A DNA stretch of 64,000 nt from Candidatus Bathyarchaeota archaeon (GTDB lineage Archaea > Thermoproteota > Bathyarchaeia > TCS64). How positions within the stretch are numbered: the stretch's first letter is position 1; each line of letters begins with the position of its first letter. The position numbers were made by a program, and so were the translations under genes. Under the pieces are notes generated by a model. That model did not search any database. It had not been told where the DNA came from and worked only from the letters and a program-made list of their open reading frames with translations. The stretch is taken from the NCBI GenBank assembly GCA_963769425.1, contig CAVYLP010000006.1, positions 960,915-1,024,914 of the forward strand. The letters are read 5' to 3'. Positions 29,845-40,213 of this stretch are shown here, piece after piece.

Positions 29845-30669
29845 TCACATTCTCGAGAAGATGCGTTGGACGGCTTCGATCCCGTCACCGACGACCTCGA
29901 CGTCGTACATCTCGCCTAGCCCCCTCTCGTGGCCCCACTTTATGTGCTCGATGGTCTGGGGGTCGATGCCCATAACCCTCGTCGCCGTAGCATCGGTGGC
30001 AACAGGGTCGACACCGGCTATAATAGTGTCCATCTTAACAGGGTTGCCGTTGACAGGCCCCCTCCCCTCCATACCTACGAAGCCGTCGATGACCGTCAGC
30101 TTAGGTCTTAGGACGGTGTTAATGTCGACTATTACCTTGTCCATGCCCCTCATGTGGTACTTCCCCTTGAACTTGTCCGGGAGGAGTCCAAACATGTTCT
30201 TCATACCGAGGGTGACACCGGTCTGCATGTGCGTCTTCAGCTTCGCGGCGCTGACGATGGCGGCCTCCGTGACGATGCGTGGGACCGTGATGGTGTCTAG
30301 TGTCATCGCGTTTGGGACTGGTATCTCAATCCTATCCTTCTCGTGGCGGAGGTTGATGAAGCGCACCCCGACCCTGTCACACATGTCTTTCATTCCGCTG
30401 GTGACACACGCCTTGTCCGCGTTCGTCATCGTGGCGTCCGACTCGACTATGAGTACCTCGACGGGGATCTCCCTAAGCCGGTTCACTATCGCCTCGACGA
30501 CTACGGGGTCAGTCGTGGCCCCGGTCTCCCAGTTCTTCGTCGAGATGAAATTGACCTTGACGAGGACCTTATCCGACTTCCCAATGGCCTTTTTGTAGTC
30601 CACGAGGTCGAGTGCCCTGTTTACCGGCTCTGGTCCACGACTCCCCTTGACGACAGCGACGCGCGGCAA
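29845..30669 (-). CDS. DUF362 Fe-S protein
   Basis: VLVKVN, TTDP, KLKTH..TGVTLGMKNMFG, GMEG.GP, DPVATD; start placed at TTG 30669. Confidence 0.85.
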   Translation of the reverse strand: MPRVAVVKGSRGPEPVNRALDLVDYKKAIGKSDKVLVKVNFISTKNWETGATTDPVVVEAIVNRLREIPVEVLIVESDATMTNADKACVTSGMKDMCDRVGVRFINLRHEKDRIEIPVPNAMTLDTITVPRIVTEAAIVSAAKLKTHMQTGVTLGMKNMFGLLPDKFKGKYHMRGMDKVIVDINTVLRPKLTVIDGFVGMEGRGPVNGNPVKMDTIIAGVDPVATDATATRVMGIDPQTIEHIKWGHERGLGEMYDVEVVGDGIEAVQRIFSRM

Positions 30670-30781
30670 ATCAATCAGGGTAGGGTTCGATCCGCCCGTA
30701 ATAGACTTTGTTGAGAGGCTTTCTGTCTCCTTGGTCAATATTGATACATAACGGATTTTATGATCAGCCCGGTTACCCCCA

Positions 30782-32458
30782 GTGTCCACCCTAATCGATG
30801 CCCAGGCGCGGGCCGAGCTAAAGAGTCTATTCGCGAGCCTTGTGGGGCCCGTCAACATCACCTTCTTCACCCAGTCCAACCCAACCCAGGCCTGCGTCGA
30901 GCAGAGGCGACTCCTTGAGGAGCTCGCCTCGATGAGCGGCAAGATCAGCCTGAAGGTGCTCGACCTCTTAAATGATCAAACACAGGCCGCGACCCGTGGC
31001 GTGGATAAGATCCCCGCGACACTCGTAGATGGTGCAGGGGAGCTGGGGATAAGGTTCTATGGCCTGACTGGGGGCTACGAGTTCTCATCTCTCGTCGATG
31101 CGATCCTGATGGCATCTACGGGGGAGTCGAGCCTCGACGAGAGGCTAAAGAAGCTGATCACGGGCATCACGAAGCCAGTCCACATCGAGGTGATGACGAC
31201 CCTCACATGCCCCTACTGCCCGAAAATGGTGCACGTCGCCAACCAGTTCGCCCTCGTAAACGATAAGATACGATCCGACATGATCGAGTCCTCCGAGTAC
31301 CCACAGCTCGTGCAACGATACGGCGTCTCGGGGGTCCCGAAGACGATCATAAACGAAACCCACAGCTTCGAGGGGGCGATCCAGGCAGAAGCGTTCTTCC
31401 TTGAGTTACTCAAGGCGGTTGAGCCGGAGCAGTACAGGCGACTCGACGAAACCATCCGGGAAGCTCAGGGATTGAGGCGGGTTGGGAGGGCGGAGGAGGG
31501 GCACAGCTACGAGGTCCTCGTCGTCGGGGGTGGCCCCGCCGGCATGAATGCAGCCCTATACGCCTCCCGCAAGGGGCTTGAGGTCGCCCTCGTCACGAAG
31601 AACCTCGGTGGACAGATCACATACACCGGTAGCGTCGAGAACTACCTCGGCCTCGGCGAGGCACCGGGCGTGGATGTCATAGACTTTTTCATGCGTCACC
31701 TCGAAGCGCACAGGATTGCAGAGGTAACAGGGGTCGAGGTAATCAGGGTAGAAGCGATGGATCGGGGTTTCAGGGTAATTACCCTCGAAGGGCGCAGGTA
31801 CGAGGGGCGCGCCCTCATCTACTGCGCGGGGAAGGAGTACAAGCGACTTGAGGTACCCGGGGAGGCACAGTTCCTTGGCAGAGGGATAGGCTTCTGCGCC
31901 ACCTGCGACGCCCCCCTTTTCACCGGGAGGCGGGTCGCCGTCGTGGGAGGAGGAAACTCCGCCTTCACCGCGGTTAGGGACCTGCTACGATTTGCATCAG
32001 AGGTCCACCTCATCCACAGGGGCGGCGAGTTCAGAGCGGACGAGCAGCTAGTGCGGGAGGTAACTTCTGCGAAGAACCTAACCCTTCACCGGAACGCCAA
32101 TGTTAGGGCGTTCCTCGGCAATGAGAAGCTCACGGGGGTACGCGTCGGCACATTAAATGGGGAATCTCTCGAAGACCTGCTCGTGGACGGCGTCTTCCTG
32201 GAGATCGGTATGACCCCGAACAGTGACCCTCTGCGGGGCCTTGTGGAGCTAAACGAGCGGGGGGAGATACAGGTGAAGCCCAACATGTCCACAGCGTTCC
32301 CCGGGCTGTTCGCCGCCGGCGACGTGACCGACTACAAGGACAAGCAGATCGCCATAGCTGTTGGACAGGGGGCACAGGCGGCACTTTCAGCCTACGAGTA
32401 CCTCTACTCGAAGGGTCTGACGAAAAATAAGAACGAGATTAGGGAGCTATGGCAATAA
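30782..32458 (+). CDS. Protein-disulfide oxidoreductase/thioredoxin reductase fusion (AhpF-like)
   Basis: CPYC thioredoxin fold; GGGPAG, CATCD, GGGNSA, FAAGD. Confidence 0.9.
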   Translation: MSTLIDAQARAELKSLFASLVGPVNITFFTQSNPTQACVEQRRLLEELASMSGKISLKVLDLLNDQTQAATRGVDKIPATLVDGAGELGIRFYGLTGGYEFSSLVDAILMASTGESSLDERLKKLITGITKPVHIEVMTTLTCPYCPKMVHVANQFALVNDKIRSDMIESSEYPQLVQRYGVSGVPKTIINETHSFEGAIQAEAFFLELLKAVEPEQYRRLDETIREAQGLRRVGRAEEGHSYEVLVVGGGPAGMNAALYASRKGLEVALVTKNLGGQITYTGSVENYLGLGEAPGVDVIDFFMRHLEAHRIAEVTGVEVIRVEAMDRGFRVITLEGRRYEGRALIYCAGKEYKRLEVPGEAQFLGRGIGFCATCDAPLFTGRRVAVVGGGNSAFTAVRDLLRFASEVHLIHRGGEFRADEQLVREVTSAKNLTLHRNANVRAFLGNEKLTGVRVGTLNGESLEDLLVDGVFLEIGMTPNSDPLRGLVELNERGEIQVKPNMSTAFPGLFAAGDVTDYKDKQIAIAVGQGAQAALSAYEYLYSKGLTKNKNEIRELWQ

Positions 32459-32566
32459 GCACCATGATGTCTTAGCCTCCTCTAGTGTCGACTGGTACGC
32501 ACGGCAAATAGTAATAGTATTTAACTCCCCCCACACCTCAAATCAGCGAAACGCCTGGGACCCGCC

Positions 32567-33688
32567 ATGAAGTTCAGTAAACTGCCCATAAGCAAGGAGA
32601 TCAAGAAGGGGATCAAGGAGATAGGATTCGATGACATGTTCCCAATCCAGGAGAAGGCCATCCCGCCGATGCTGGAGGGGAAGGACGTGATAGGGCAGGC
32701 GAAGACGGGGACGGGGAAGACGGCGGCATTCGGCGTCCCGATGATACAGATACTCGACCCCTCGAAAGGCACGGTCCAAGGCCTCGTCCTTGCCCCGACC
32801 CGTGAGCTCGCCCAGCAGATAACCGAGGACATAAACGACTTCGCCAAGTACACCAAGGTAAAGGCGATCGCCGTCTACGGCGGAGTACCCATTGACAAGC
32901 AGTTTATCGAGCTTAAGAGGGGACCTTCTATCATCGTCGGGACCCCCGGCCGCATCATCGACCACCTCAACCGAGGCACTTTAAGCCTCCGCGATGTCAA
33001 AATACTCGTACTTGATGAGGCAGACAACATGCTTGACATGGGGTTCGTCGAAGACATTGAGTACATTCTCAAGCGCACACCGAAGGAGAAACAAGTCAGT
33101 CTCTGGAGCGCTACCATCGATGACAGGACGATGCACATTAGTAGCGGATACATGCATAACGCCGAATTTGTTAATGTCAGCCGAGACGAGATAGGTCTAA
33201 CCACCATCAAGCAGCATTATATCCTCGTCAACGAGCACGAGAAAGATGAGACTCTAAAACGCATTATAGACTTCTATAAGATCGATCGCTGCATAATCTT
33301 CTGCAGAATGAAGATCGGTGTCGACGACCTACTTGCAGTGCTCAGCAGGGCGGGTTATAGTGTTGAGGCTATACACGGTAACTTCACACAGGCAAGGCGC
33401 CAGCAAGTGCTTGAAGGCTTCAAAACGGGCAAGTTCAGTATCATGATCGCTACCGAGCTAGCGGCGAGAGGCCTCGACATCGTGGATGTTCCATGGATAA
33501 TCAACTATGACATCCCAATGGACCCAAACATGTACTTCCACAGAGTCGGCAGAACAGCCAGGGCAGGTAAAGAGGGCAACGCAATAACTCTGGTCACCCC
33601 GGATGAGGAGATCGAACTCGAACGCATCAAAGCCATGACACAGATCCCGATAAACAAGCTAACGCTGCCTCCCGCTTTCCTATTTTAA
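32567..33688 (+). CDS. DEAD-box RNA helicase
   Basis: AKTGTGKT, PTRELA, DEAD, SAT, HRVGRTAR. Confidence 0.95.
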   Translation: MKFSKLPISKEIKKGIKEIGFDDMFPIQEKAIPPMLEGKDVIGQAKTGTGKTAAFGVPMIQILDPSKGTVQGLVLAPTRELAQQITEDINDFAKYTKVKAIAVYGGVPIDKQFIELKRGPSIIVGTPGRIIDHLNRGTLSLRDVKILVLDEADNMLDMGFVEDIEYILKRTPKEKQVSLWSATIDDRTMHISSGYMHNAEFVNVSRDEIGLTTIKQHYILVNEHEKDETLKRIIDFYKIDRCIIFCRMKIGVDDLLAVLSRAGYSVEAIHGNFTQARRQQVLEGFKTGKFSIMIATELAARGLDIVDVPWIINYDIPMDPNMYFHRVGRTARAGKEGNAITLVTPDEEIELERIKAMTQIPINKLTLPPAFLF

Positions 33689-33736
33689 CAAACTCAGCTA
33701 TCGTTCGTAAGAATCTAAAAAATAGGTCCTATAAAA

Positions 33737-34579
33737 TTAAGTTCCTTCTGGCTTCGGTTGTTGTTCTGTTCCTTCCCCTGGTTTAGGTAATGGATTTACG
33801 CCATAGATTCCGTACATCGACAACTGCCCACCCGGGCCTGCCGTCGGAATGTTCGAGGGAATAAGTATCATGAGGTTCTTTCCCTGGAGTCCCAGTTCAT
33901 AGACGATGTTCATCCATCGCAGCTCGAAAGCTCTATCGTTGTCTTTGTACATGTTGGCCGCCTGAACCATTTTTTCCGCCGACTCGTATTCCGCGAGTGA
34001 GAGCGTGACCCTGGCCCGTCTCTCCCTCTCTGCCTGAGCTTGACGTGACATGGCGTCCTGAAGTGCTTGTGGAATGCTCACGTCTCGGATCTCCACTGAT
34101 GTGACCTTGATTCCCCATTGCTCAGTTTTGTTGTCGATGATACCCCGGGCGATGTTTCCTACTCTCTCACGCTCTGTGAGGAGCTCATCGAATGACGCTT
34201 GGCCAATCACCTCTCGAAGCGTGGTCTGAGCGGCGAGCTGAGTAGCTTGGTTGAAGTCGTTCACGTTCAGAATCACCTTCTGGAGGTCCACTGGTTGGAA
34301 GTACATCACGGAGTCAACAGCCACAGGAATGTTATCTTTAGTTAAACTCTGCTCCGTTTTAAAGGAGACAACCTGCAGTCGAGTTGAAATCACGAACGGA
34401 ACGTTCCCGATGAAGGGTGGAACGTAGATGATACCCGGCCCCTTCAGTCCCCTGTACCTGCCGAGCATGAGGAGGGGCGCCCTCTCCCACTCCTTGAGGA
34501 TCTTTATTCCGCTTACCAGAATAGCGATCACGATGATTACGATGAAGGCCTCGATGCCAACTGTGAATAGATCAGCCAT
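33737..34579 (-). CDS. Stomatin/slipin (SPFH) protein
   Basis: LTKDNIP, AQTTLREVIG, QAQAERERRA. Confidence 0.92.
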   Translation of the reverse strand: MADLFTVGIEAFIVIIVIAILVSGIKILKEWERAPLLMLGRYRGLKGPGIIYVPPFIGNVPFVISTRLQVVSFKTEQSLTKDNIPVAVDSVMYFQPVDLQKVILNVNDFNQATQLAAQTTLREVIGQASFDELLTERERVGNIARGIIDNKTEQWGIKVTSVEIRDVSIPQALQDAMSRQAQAERERRARVTLSLAEYESAEKMVQAANMYKDNDRAFELRWMNIVYELGLQGKNLMILIPSNIPTAGPGGQLSMYGIYGVNPLPKPGEGTEQQPKPEGT

Positions 34580-34637
34580 CTCTTTTCACAATAAGTAGAT
34601 TGGTGAAGATTCTATTTAACTTAGTTAGAAAGAAAAA

Positions 34638-35927
34638 CTAGTCTTCCTCTTTTTCGACTATCAACACTAATCCGTTTAGTCTCTTTACCCTGATTTTACC
34701 GTCCTTGGCGATGTTACCCGAGGCGGACTCCGCCCTCCATATCACGCCCCCGACCCTCACATCCCCCATAGGGGTAAGATCTGAAACAGCGAAGCCGACG
34801 TCATTGATGAGTGACTCAGCGCCGGTCATCTTCGGCTTCTGCCTTAGGGGGCCGATCACCCACCTGAAGTAGAGTCCGAGGAGTATGCCAGCTGCGACAA
34901 GAGCGACAAGCTCTAGTTCCGATGAGATGGTTATCGGAGACGGCGAATAGCTCAACCCGTTTGCCAGGTAATATATCCCAAACGCCCCCAATATAACCCC
35001 CGCCATCATCGAGAAGCCGTGGCCGAGCTTCAATTCTAGGAAGATGAGTACCGCCGCGATGACTATTATGAAGAATCCGAGCAGCGAGGCGTCTATCACC
35101 TCCGCGCCGATCAGCCCGGCGAGTATCGAAACCGCCCCGACGACGGTGAGGAATATGCTACCATGCTGTATGTCAAGCACTATCGCGATTACGCCGATGA
35201 GAATAAGTATGCCGTCTAGGATCGGGTTACTAAGGGCGCTGATGAACTGCTCGTAGACGCTTTCGTTTAACGTGATCTGGTTTCGTCCCGTTAGCCCGAG
35301 ATCGTTAATGGCCTCGTCGAGAGAGTCCGCCTGGCCGTTAATTATGTGGTACCTGAGCGCCTCGTCCGCAGAGTAGGCTACATCGTTCTGCACCATGTTG
35401 TATGCCGCCGTCGAGTTACGCCCCCACTTCTGGGCGAGTCCGACCAGGAGGCTAAGCATGCCGGCTTGTGTGTGTTCCTGTTCGAGTTGCGACCCGCCAA
35501 CTACTATCGGCTTACTCGGGCCGATCTCGGAACCCTTCCCCATTATTATCTTGTTGCAAGCGAACCCGATGAAGCTCCCCGCGGAACCCGCGAGGGCGTT
35601 CGGAGGGACGTAGGTGTAGGTTGGTATCCCACTCGCGTTGGCGTCGGCGATCGATGACACGATAGAGGTCATGTCGTTCAGGAGCCCCCCTGGGGTGTTC
35701 ATCGTTATGACTATGGCCGAGGCTCCTTGATCGATGGCGAGACCGACCGCTCTCTTGACGAAGAGCGATGAACCAGGGTCGACCCCGACATCGAAGTTGA
35801 CGACGAGCACGGGACCCGATGAGTTAGAAGCGGCATTAGCCACCTTGTGTGGCAGGTAGGCGCCTGAGAAGGTGAGAAGCAGAATTAGAAACAGCATTTT
35901 ACATTTGAAACTGACTTGGTTGATCAT
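34638..35927 (-). CDS. nfeD: NfeD/STOPP membrane-bound serine protease
   Basis: NTPGG, AGSAG, C-terminal OB domain G..WRA; paired with stomatin. Confidence 0.9.
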   Translation of the reverse strand: MINQVSFKCKMLFLILLLTFSGAYLPHKVANAASNSSGPVLVVNFDVGVDPGSSLFVKRAVGLAIDQGASAIVITMNTPGGLLNDMTSIVSSIADANASGIPTYTYVPPNALAGSAGSFIGFACNKIIMGKGSEIGPSKPIVVGGSQLEQEHTQAGMLSLLVGLAQKWGRNSTAAYNMVQNDVAYSADEALRYHIINGQADSLDEAINDLGLTGRNQITLNESVYEQFISALSNPILDGILILIGVIAIVLDIQHGSIFLTVVGAVSILAGLIGAEVIDASLLGFFIIVIAAVLIFLELKLGHGFSMMAGVILGAFGIYYLANGLSYSPSPITISSELELVALVAAGILLGLYFRWVIGPLRQKPKMTGAESLINDVGFAVSDLTPMGDVRVGGVIWRAESASGNIAKDGKIRVKRLNGLVLIVEKEED

Positions 35928-36046
35928 CCCGGCTCTCTTCGACTTGAACTAACTCACACCTGAAATTAAATACATATGTATCAAGTTTTACCCCCACCGT
36001 CGATCGATTTCTCCTGTTTATAAAAAACTCGTAAAGATACTAGACC

Positions 36047-37450
36047 GTGGAGAAAAAGAAGGCCATCACGCTCTTCATCCTGAGCCTCGGGACGTTCATG
36101 GGCGCCCTCGACAGCACCATCGTGATCCTCGCATTTCCGAGCATAGCTGACGGGCTTCACTCAAGCATCGAGTCAACTATTTGGATAATCCTCATCTACC
36201 TCCTCATCCTCTCCGTGACCTCCATACCCTTCGGGAGGATCGGAGACATCTACGGCAGAAGCAGGATGTTCAACGCCGGCTTCGTGATCTTCACCGCAGG
36301 GTCAGCACTGTGTGGCCTATCTGGTAATATCGCGCTCTTGGTCCTATTCCGGGGTATACAGGCCGTCGGGGGCTCACTTCTCCAGGCGAACAGCGGCGCT
36401 ATCATCTCCGACACTTTCGAGCGGAACGAGAGGGGCAAGGCGTTCGGGTACAACTCACTCGGCTTCACCATAGGGGCGATGGTTGGCATCGTCCTCGGGG
36501 GAGTAATCGCGACTTACTTGGGCTGGCAGTACATCTTCTACCTGAACATCCCTGTCGGCGCTCTTGCGATCGCGCTTGGGATACTCTACATTAAAGACGA
36601 GGCCCGTCAGAAGGTCGGGATAGACGTGAAGGGCATCGCACTTCTGACGCTGCTCCTAACGCTACTTTCCTTCGGCGCTGTCGACTATGCAGGCCAGGGA
36701 CTAACCGCATATAATCTACTACTTGTCATTGCTGGGGCGGCTCTGTTCCCTGTATTTGTGATCTTAGAGAGGAGGGAGAAGAATCCGATGATCGACCTGG
36801 CCTCATTCAGGGACTCGGTTCTCCGGAACTCTATCCTGTCGGCGTTCTTCCTCGCCATGGGTTACTTCTCTGTAGTATTCCTGATCACAATGTACCTTCA
36901 GGGCATCCGGGGGCTCTCCCCGTTGGACGCCTCGCTCCTCCTTATACCCGGCTACGTCGTTGGGAGCTTCCTGAGCCCGATAATGGGTAGGCAATCCGAC
37001 AAGTACGGGGCGAAGATTATCTCCACCGGGGGAGTCGCCGTGATGGGCGTCGCCATACTTGTCTACCTGTTCCTGAAGGCGGACTCCTCTCTATACATCG
37101 TATCCGTCGCATCTGCCATCGCGGGGGTTGGCACCTCCCTCTTCTTCCCCGCGAATAGCAGCGCCGTGATGGCGAGGGCCCGCCCCGGCTCCTACGGGAG
37201 CACCTCAGGCATCCTAAGGATGATGCAGAACATAGGCATCCTGGGGAGCTTCGTCGTCGGGATAACGATCGCGTCATCCTCAATCCCCCGCTCGGTGGCC
37301 TTCCAGATATTCCTCGGCACCTCGAGCCTCTCGGGGGACCTATCCTCGGTGTTCATAGCCGGGATAGACTCGGCGCTCTGGGTCTCTATGCTCTTCATGC
37401 TGGTGGCGGGTGTGCTCTCCTACTCGAGGGGGAAGGAAACTAGAAGCTAA
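36047..37450 (+). CDS. MFS DHA2-family (EmrB/QacA-like) transporter
   Basis: LDSTIV..A.P, GRIGDIYGR, IFYLNIPVG. Confidence 0.9.
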   Translation: MEKKKAITLFILSLGTFMGALDSTIVILAFPSIADGLHSSIESTIWIILIYLLILSVTSIPFGRIGDIYGRSRMFNAGFVIFTAGSALCGLSGNIALLVLFRGIQAVGGSLLQANSGAIISDTFERNERGKAFGYNSLGFTIGAMVGIVLGGVIATYLGWQYIFYLNIPVGALAIALGILYIKDEARQKVGIDVKGIALLTLLLTLLSFGAVDYAGQGLTAYNLLLVIAGAALFPVFVILERREKNPMIDLASFRDSVLRNSILSAFFLAMGYFSVVFLITMYLQGIRGLSPLDASLLLIPGYVVGSFLSPIMGRQSDKYGAKIISTGGVAVMGVAILVYLFLKADSSLYIVSVASAIAGVGTSLFFPANSSAVMARARPGSYGSTSGILRMMQNIGILGSFVVGITIASSSIPRSVAFQIFLGTSSLSGDLSSVFIAGIDSALWVSMLFMLVAGVLSYSRGKETRS

Positions 37451-38411
37451 CATCAGTCGAGGCCATGCACCTGTTGGCCTTGAGCTCCTTTATCCTGTTC
37501 CTCAGCGTCACCTCGGAAACATCCGAGGACAATGCGAGCTTCTCCTGGGTTATCCCCATGAAGTTCTTCCTCGCCGCCAGGTAGAGGGCGGCCGCGGCTA
37601 TGGCCTTCGGCCTCTTCCCCTGGATCAAGCCGAGTTTCCCCGCCGTTTCGAGAATCTCAATCGCTGTCCTTTCGATCTGGGCGTCGAATTTAAGTTGTGC
37701 ACATATCTTGACGACGTACTTGGATGGGTCGTCGACGGGCATCTTGAGGGAGAGGTCGGTGACGAGCTCCCTGTAGAACTTTGAGAGCGTGAGGGGCTCG
37801 ATGTTGGCTTGCTGCGCCACCTCCTCGATGGGCCGAGGGAGGTTCTTCTCTCTGATCACGGACAGGACGCAGGCGCCGACGAAGCCGTCTATCGACTTGC
37901 CCTTCACCAAGTCCTTGCCGAGGGCCTTCTTGTAGAGAAAGAGCGCTTCCTCATAGATGTTGTTCCCGAGCCTCATCTTTTCCACTATCTTCTTCGTGAG
38001 GTTCTGAGCCATCATCATTTTTCGGGACTCGGGTGTCCCCGTGTTTATGATCAGGTTCTGCCGGCGGAGGTACCTCATCCTGTTCTGCTGGCTCTGCGGG
38101 AGGGTCCTCCCCTGCCCGTCCTTCTGGATTGAGAAGTTGGTGTACATGACCTCGCGGTGCTTCCCCATTATGGATGGGCCGGCCCTCTCCTTCATAGTTG
38201 ACTCGGCGAGGTCGTAGGCGGACCATTCCTTTCCGGGGTCGATCGCGTCGCTACTGATGACAAGTCCGCAGTTCGTGCACACGGTCTCCCCGGTATTGTG
38301 GTCGTACATTATGGAGTTGATCCCGCAGGTCGGACATGAATTAGAGGCTGCTTCCTGTAGGGCGTCGAAGTACTCGTTTACGACCATAATGTCCCCATCC
38401 ATCGCCCGCAT
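37440..38411 (-). CDS. tfb: Transcription initiation factor IIB paralog
   Basis: CPTC...CTNCG zinc ribbon, IDPGKEW, two cyclin repeats, GKRP..AAAALY, SEVTLRNRIKEL. Confidence 0.9.
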   Translation of the reverse strand: MRAMDGDIMVVNEYFDALQEAASNSCPTCGINSIMYDHNTGETVCTNCGLVISSDAIDPGKEWSAYDLAESTMKERAGPSIMGKHREVMYTNFSIQKDGQGRTLPQSQQNRMRYLRRQNLIINTGTPESRKMMMAQNLTKKIVEKMRLGNNIYEEALFLYKKALGKDLVKGKSIDGFVGACVLSVIREKNLPRPIEEVAQQANIEPLTLSKFYRELVTDLSLKMPVDDPSKYVVKICAQLKFDAQIERTAIEILETAGKLGLIQGKRPKAIAAAALYLAARKNFMGITQEKLALSSDVSEVTLRNRIKELKANRCMASTDVSF

Positions 38412-38522
38412 TCGTCGATGGGAACTGATTCACTTTAAACTCCAGTTTACAAACGCACACTCATAATATGTATTAATAACTTGTAATAGAATCGATTATT
38501 TTCTAATAATATTCGTGCCCGA

Positions 38523-39056
38523 TCAGTCGTGGGGCTTCTCATGCTCAAATGTGAAGGTGACCGAGTTATCGTTTATCTTGTAGTTAAGATCGATGCCGTG
38601 GACGGCCTGGAAGAGGGTCTGGATGTAGCCTGCGACGAAGTAGCTCCAGTTCTTGTCAAAGTTGTGGGTAGTCACAACCATGTACTTGTTGTCATTGTTC
38701 TGGTAGATGCACCTGAACCACCCAGAGTATGTACCGTAGTTCCTGTCTATGAATTGGAGGAACTCGTCGATAGTCTTGCCCTTCCACATGAAGTCGATGA
38801 TGTTCTCTTTTTCACCTTGGGCGGACTCCTTCCCGAGCTCTAAGGCATCTTTCTCCCCTAGTGTGTTTATGAGCTTCGTGAAGCTGTTGCTTGGAAGGTT
38901 GATGAAATCATACCTATCCCCCCAGAGCGTGCTCTCCACGTATCTCTGGAGTATCTTGTTCAGAAGGGCACTTGCAGAGAGGCTCTCTTTCTCCGCCTCC
39001 GCCTCAAGTACATCTAGACTGTCACGGTTGACCCTGAATGTCCTCGTTACGGCCAC
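38523..39056 (-). CDS. Hypothetical protein with RHH-like N-terminus
   Basis: TRTFRV...LEAEAEKESLSASALLNKIL..YV. Confidence 0.65.
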   Translation of the reverse strand: MAVTRTFRVNRDSLDVLEAEAEKESLSASALLNKILQRYVESTLWGDRYDFINLPSNSFTKLINTLGEKDALELGKESAQGEKENIIDFMWKGKTIDEFLQFIDRNYGTYSGWFRCIYQNNDNKYMVVTTHNFDKNWSYFVAGYIQTLFQAVHGIDLNYKINDNSVTFTFEHEKPHD

Positions 39057-39255
39057 CGTGTGTCTCCCCGTTTTAAACGCCCTCCAATGTCCCTGATTCG
39101 AAATGTGTCTGTGGAGGCTTTGGGAAGAGATAATATATATACAGTATTGTTTTGTGGGAAGGTGTTGAATTATATACACTTTTTTTAGCTAATTTGTGAT
39201 TTGAATTGGGAAACATATAAATTAATTTTTTTAAAAATACCAGACGGCGGCTGAC

Positions 39256-39567
39256 ATGAGGCGGGTCAAGAGTATGAATTCTAATGCGGTCTGGGAAACG
39301 ATACCAAAACCTAGTGGGATTGTATTAATGACCAAGCAAGCCTCTGAACAGGAGCTCGACAACGAGTACAAACGAAGACGAATACATGAGGACAAGATCT
39401 GGGAAGAGTTGGGACCAGATGAAGGCGCAGTTCTAATTCTGGAGGAGAACCTAGAGATGTTGATCGAGAGACTGAACGCCTATCAGGAGTACGTCGAAGA
39501 TTTTGAGAGTTGGAGTAGAAAGATCCAATCGAAGTATAGTCTAGTTGAAAAGTCGTCTATATCGTAG
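39256..39567 (+). CDS. Hypothetical charged helical protein
   Basis: 103-aa ORF behind an AT-rich promoter-like region. Confidence 0.5.
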   Translation: MRRVKSMNSNAVWETIPKPSGIVLMTKQASEQELDNEYKRRRIHEDKIWEELGPDEGAVLILEENLEMLIERLNAYQEYVEDFESWSRKIQSKYSLVEKSSIS

Positions 39568-39589
39568 AATCCGGCTCTAAGTGAGCAAT

Positions 39590-39975
39590 AATTTTCAAAT
39601 GCTGAGAACAACAAGTAATGCTGTTCTCCTTATCCATGGCTTCGTCGCCTTAGGGATGTCGTTTGAGAGGAAAACCAGACCGAGGACGACGGTGGGGAGG
39701 CCTATAGCCCCATAGATCATGGTTATGATCGACATGGCGGAGAAGAGTTGGACATCTGGATCAGTTTAGAACGTGAATGTCGCCGGCAACATCACGAATA
39801 AAATTGGTCCAAGCATCAGAATCAGAGCCACGCTCATTACCCAGCGGTGCATTCACAGAAAATCAGCGTTCTTCACCCTGCCGAAGGCGATGGCGATAAT
39901 GCTCACTCTGAGGACGATCATCATGATGGGCAAAGCTGTCTGAGACAGAACCGGTGGAATACCCGCGTGTCCAAT
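39590..39975 (-). pseudogene. Degraded DUF420-like membrane protein gene (boundaries approximate)
   Basis: Manual translation ..IIAIAFGRVKNADFL*MHRWVMSVALILMLGPILFVMLP..F*; in-frame TGA and TAA plus a frameshift. Confidence 0.5.
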
Positions 39976-40213
39976 TATTGATTCTATAAACATTTCTGTT
40001 TGAATTTTAGGAATATCTCTTTATAAACCGTTAAAAAATTGAATCGAGTCCTGAAGGTTTTCATCTGTTTATATGATATGTTTCAATGAGTCCTAGATCT
40101 ATGTTAGTGGAGAGGCGATTCAAAGTTATTTAGGAATTCCAACTCCCTAATGTGACTACGTTCGTTTTTTATCTGTTTAAGAACCTCGGTTTCGGAGAAC
40201 TATCCTAGAAGTA

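Noticed and set aside
29845-30942. 365-aa version of the DUF362 protein
   Set aside because: The extension overlaps the divergent reductase gene; the domain begins near 30669.
358-38226. Numerous antisense and alternate-frame ORFs
   Set aside because: Expected shadows of high-GC3 genes; no recognisable motifs.
39590-39975. Selenocysteine readthrough of TGA
   Set aside because: The same frame also has a TAA and a frameshift, and the TGA is not in a redox motif.
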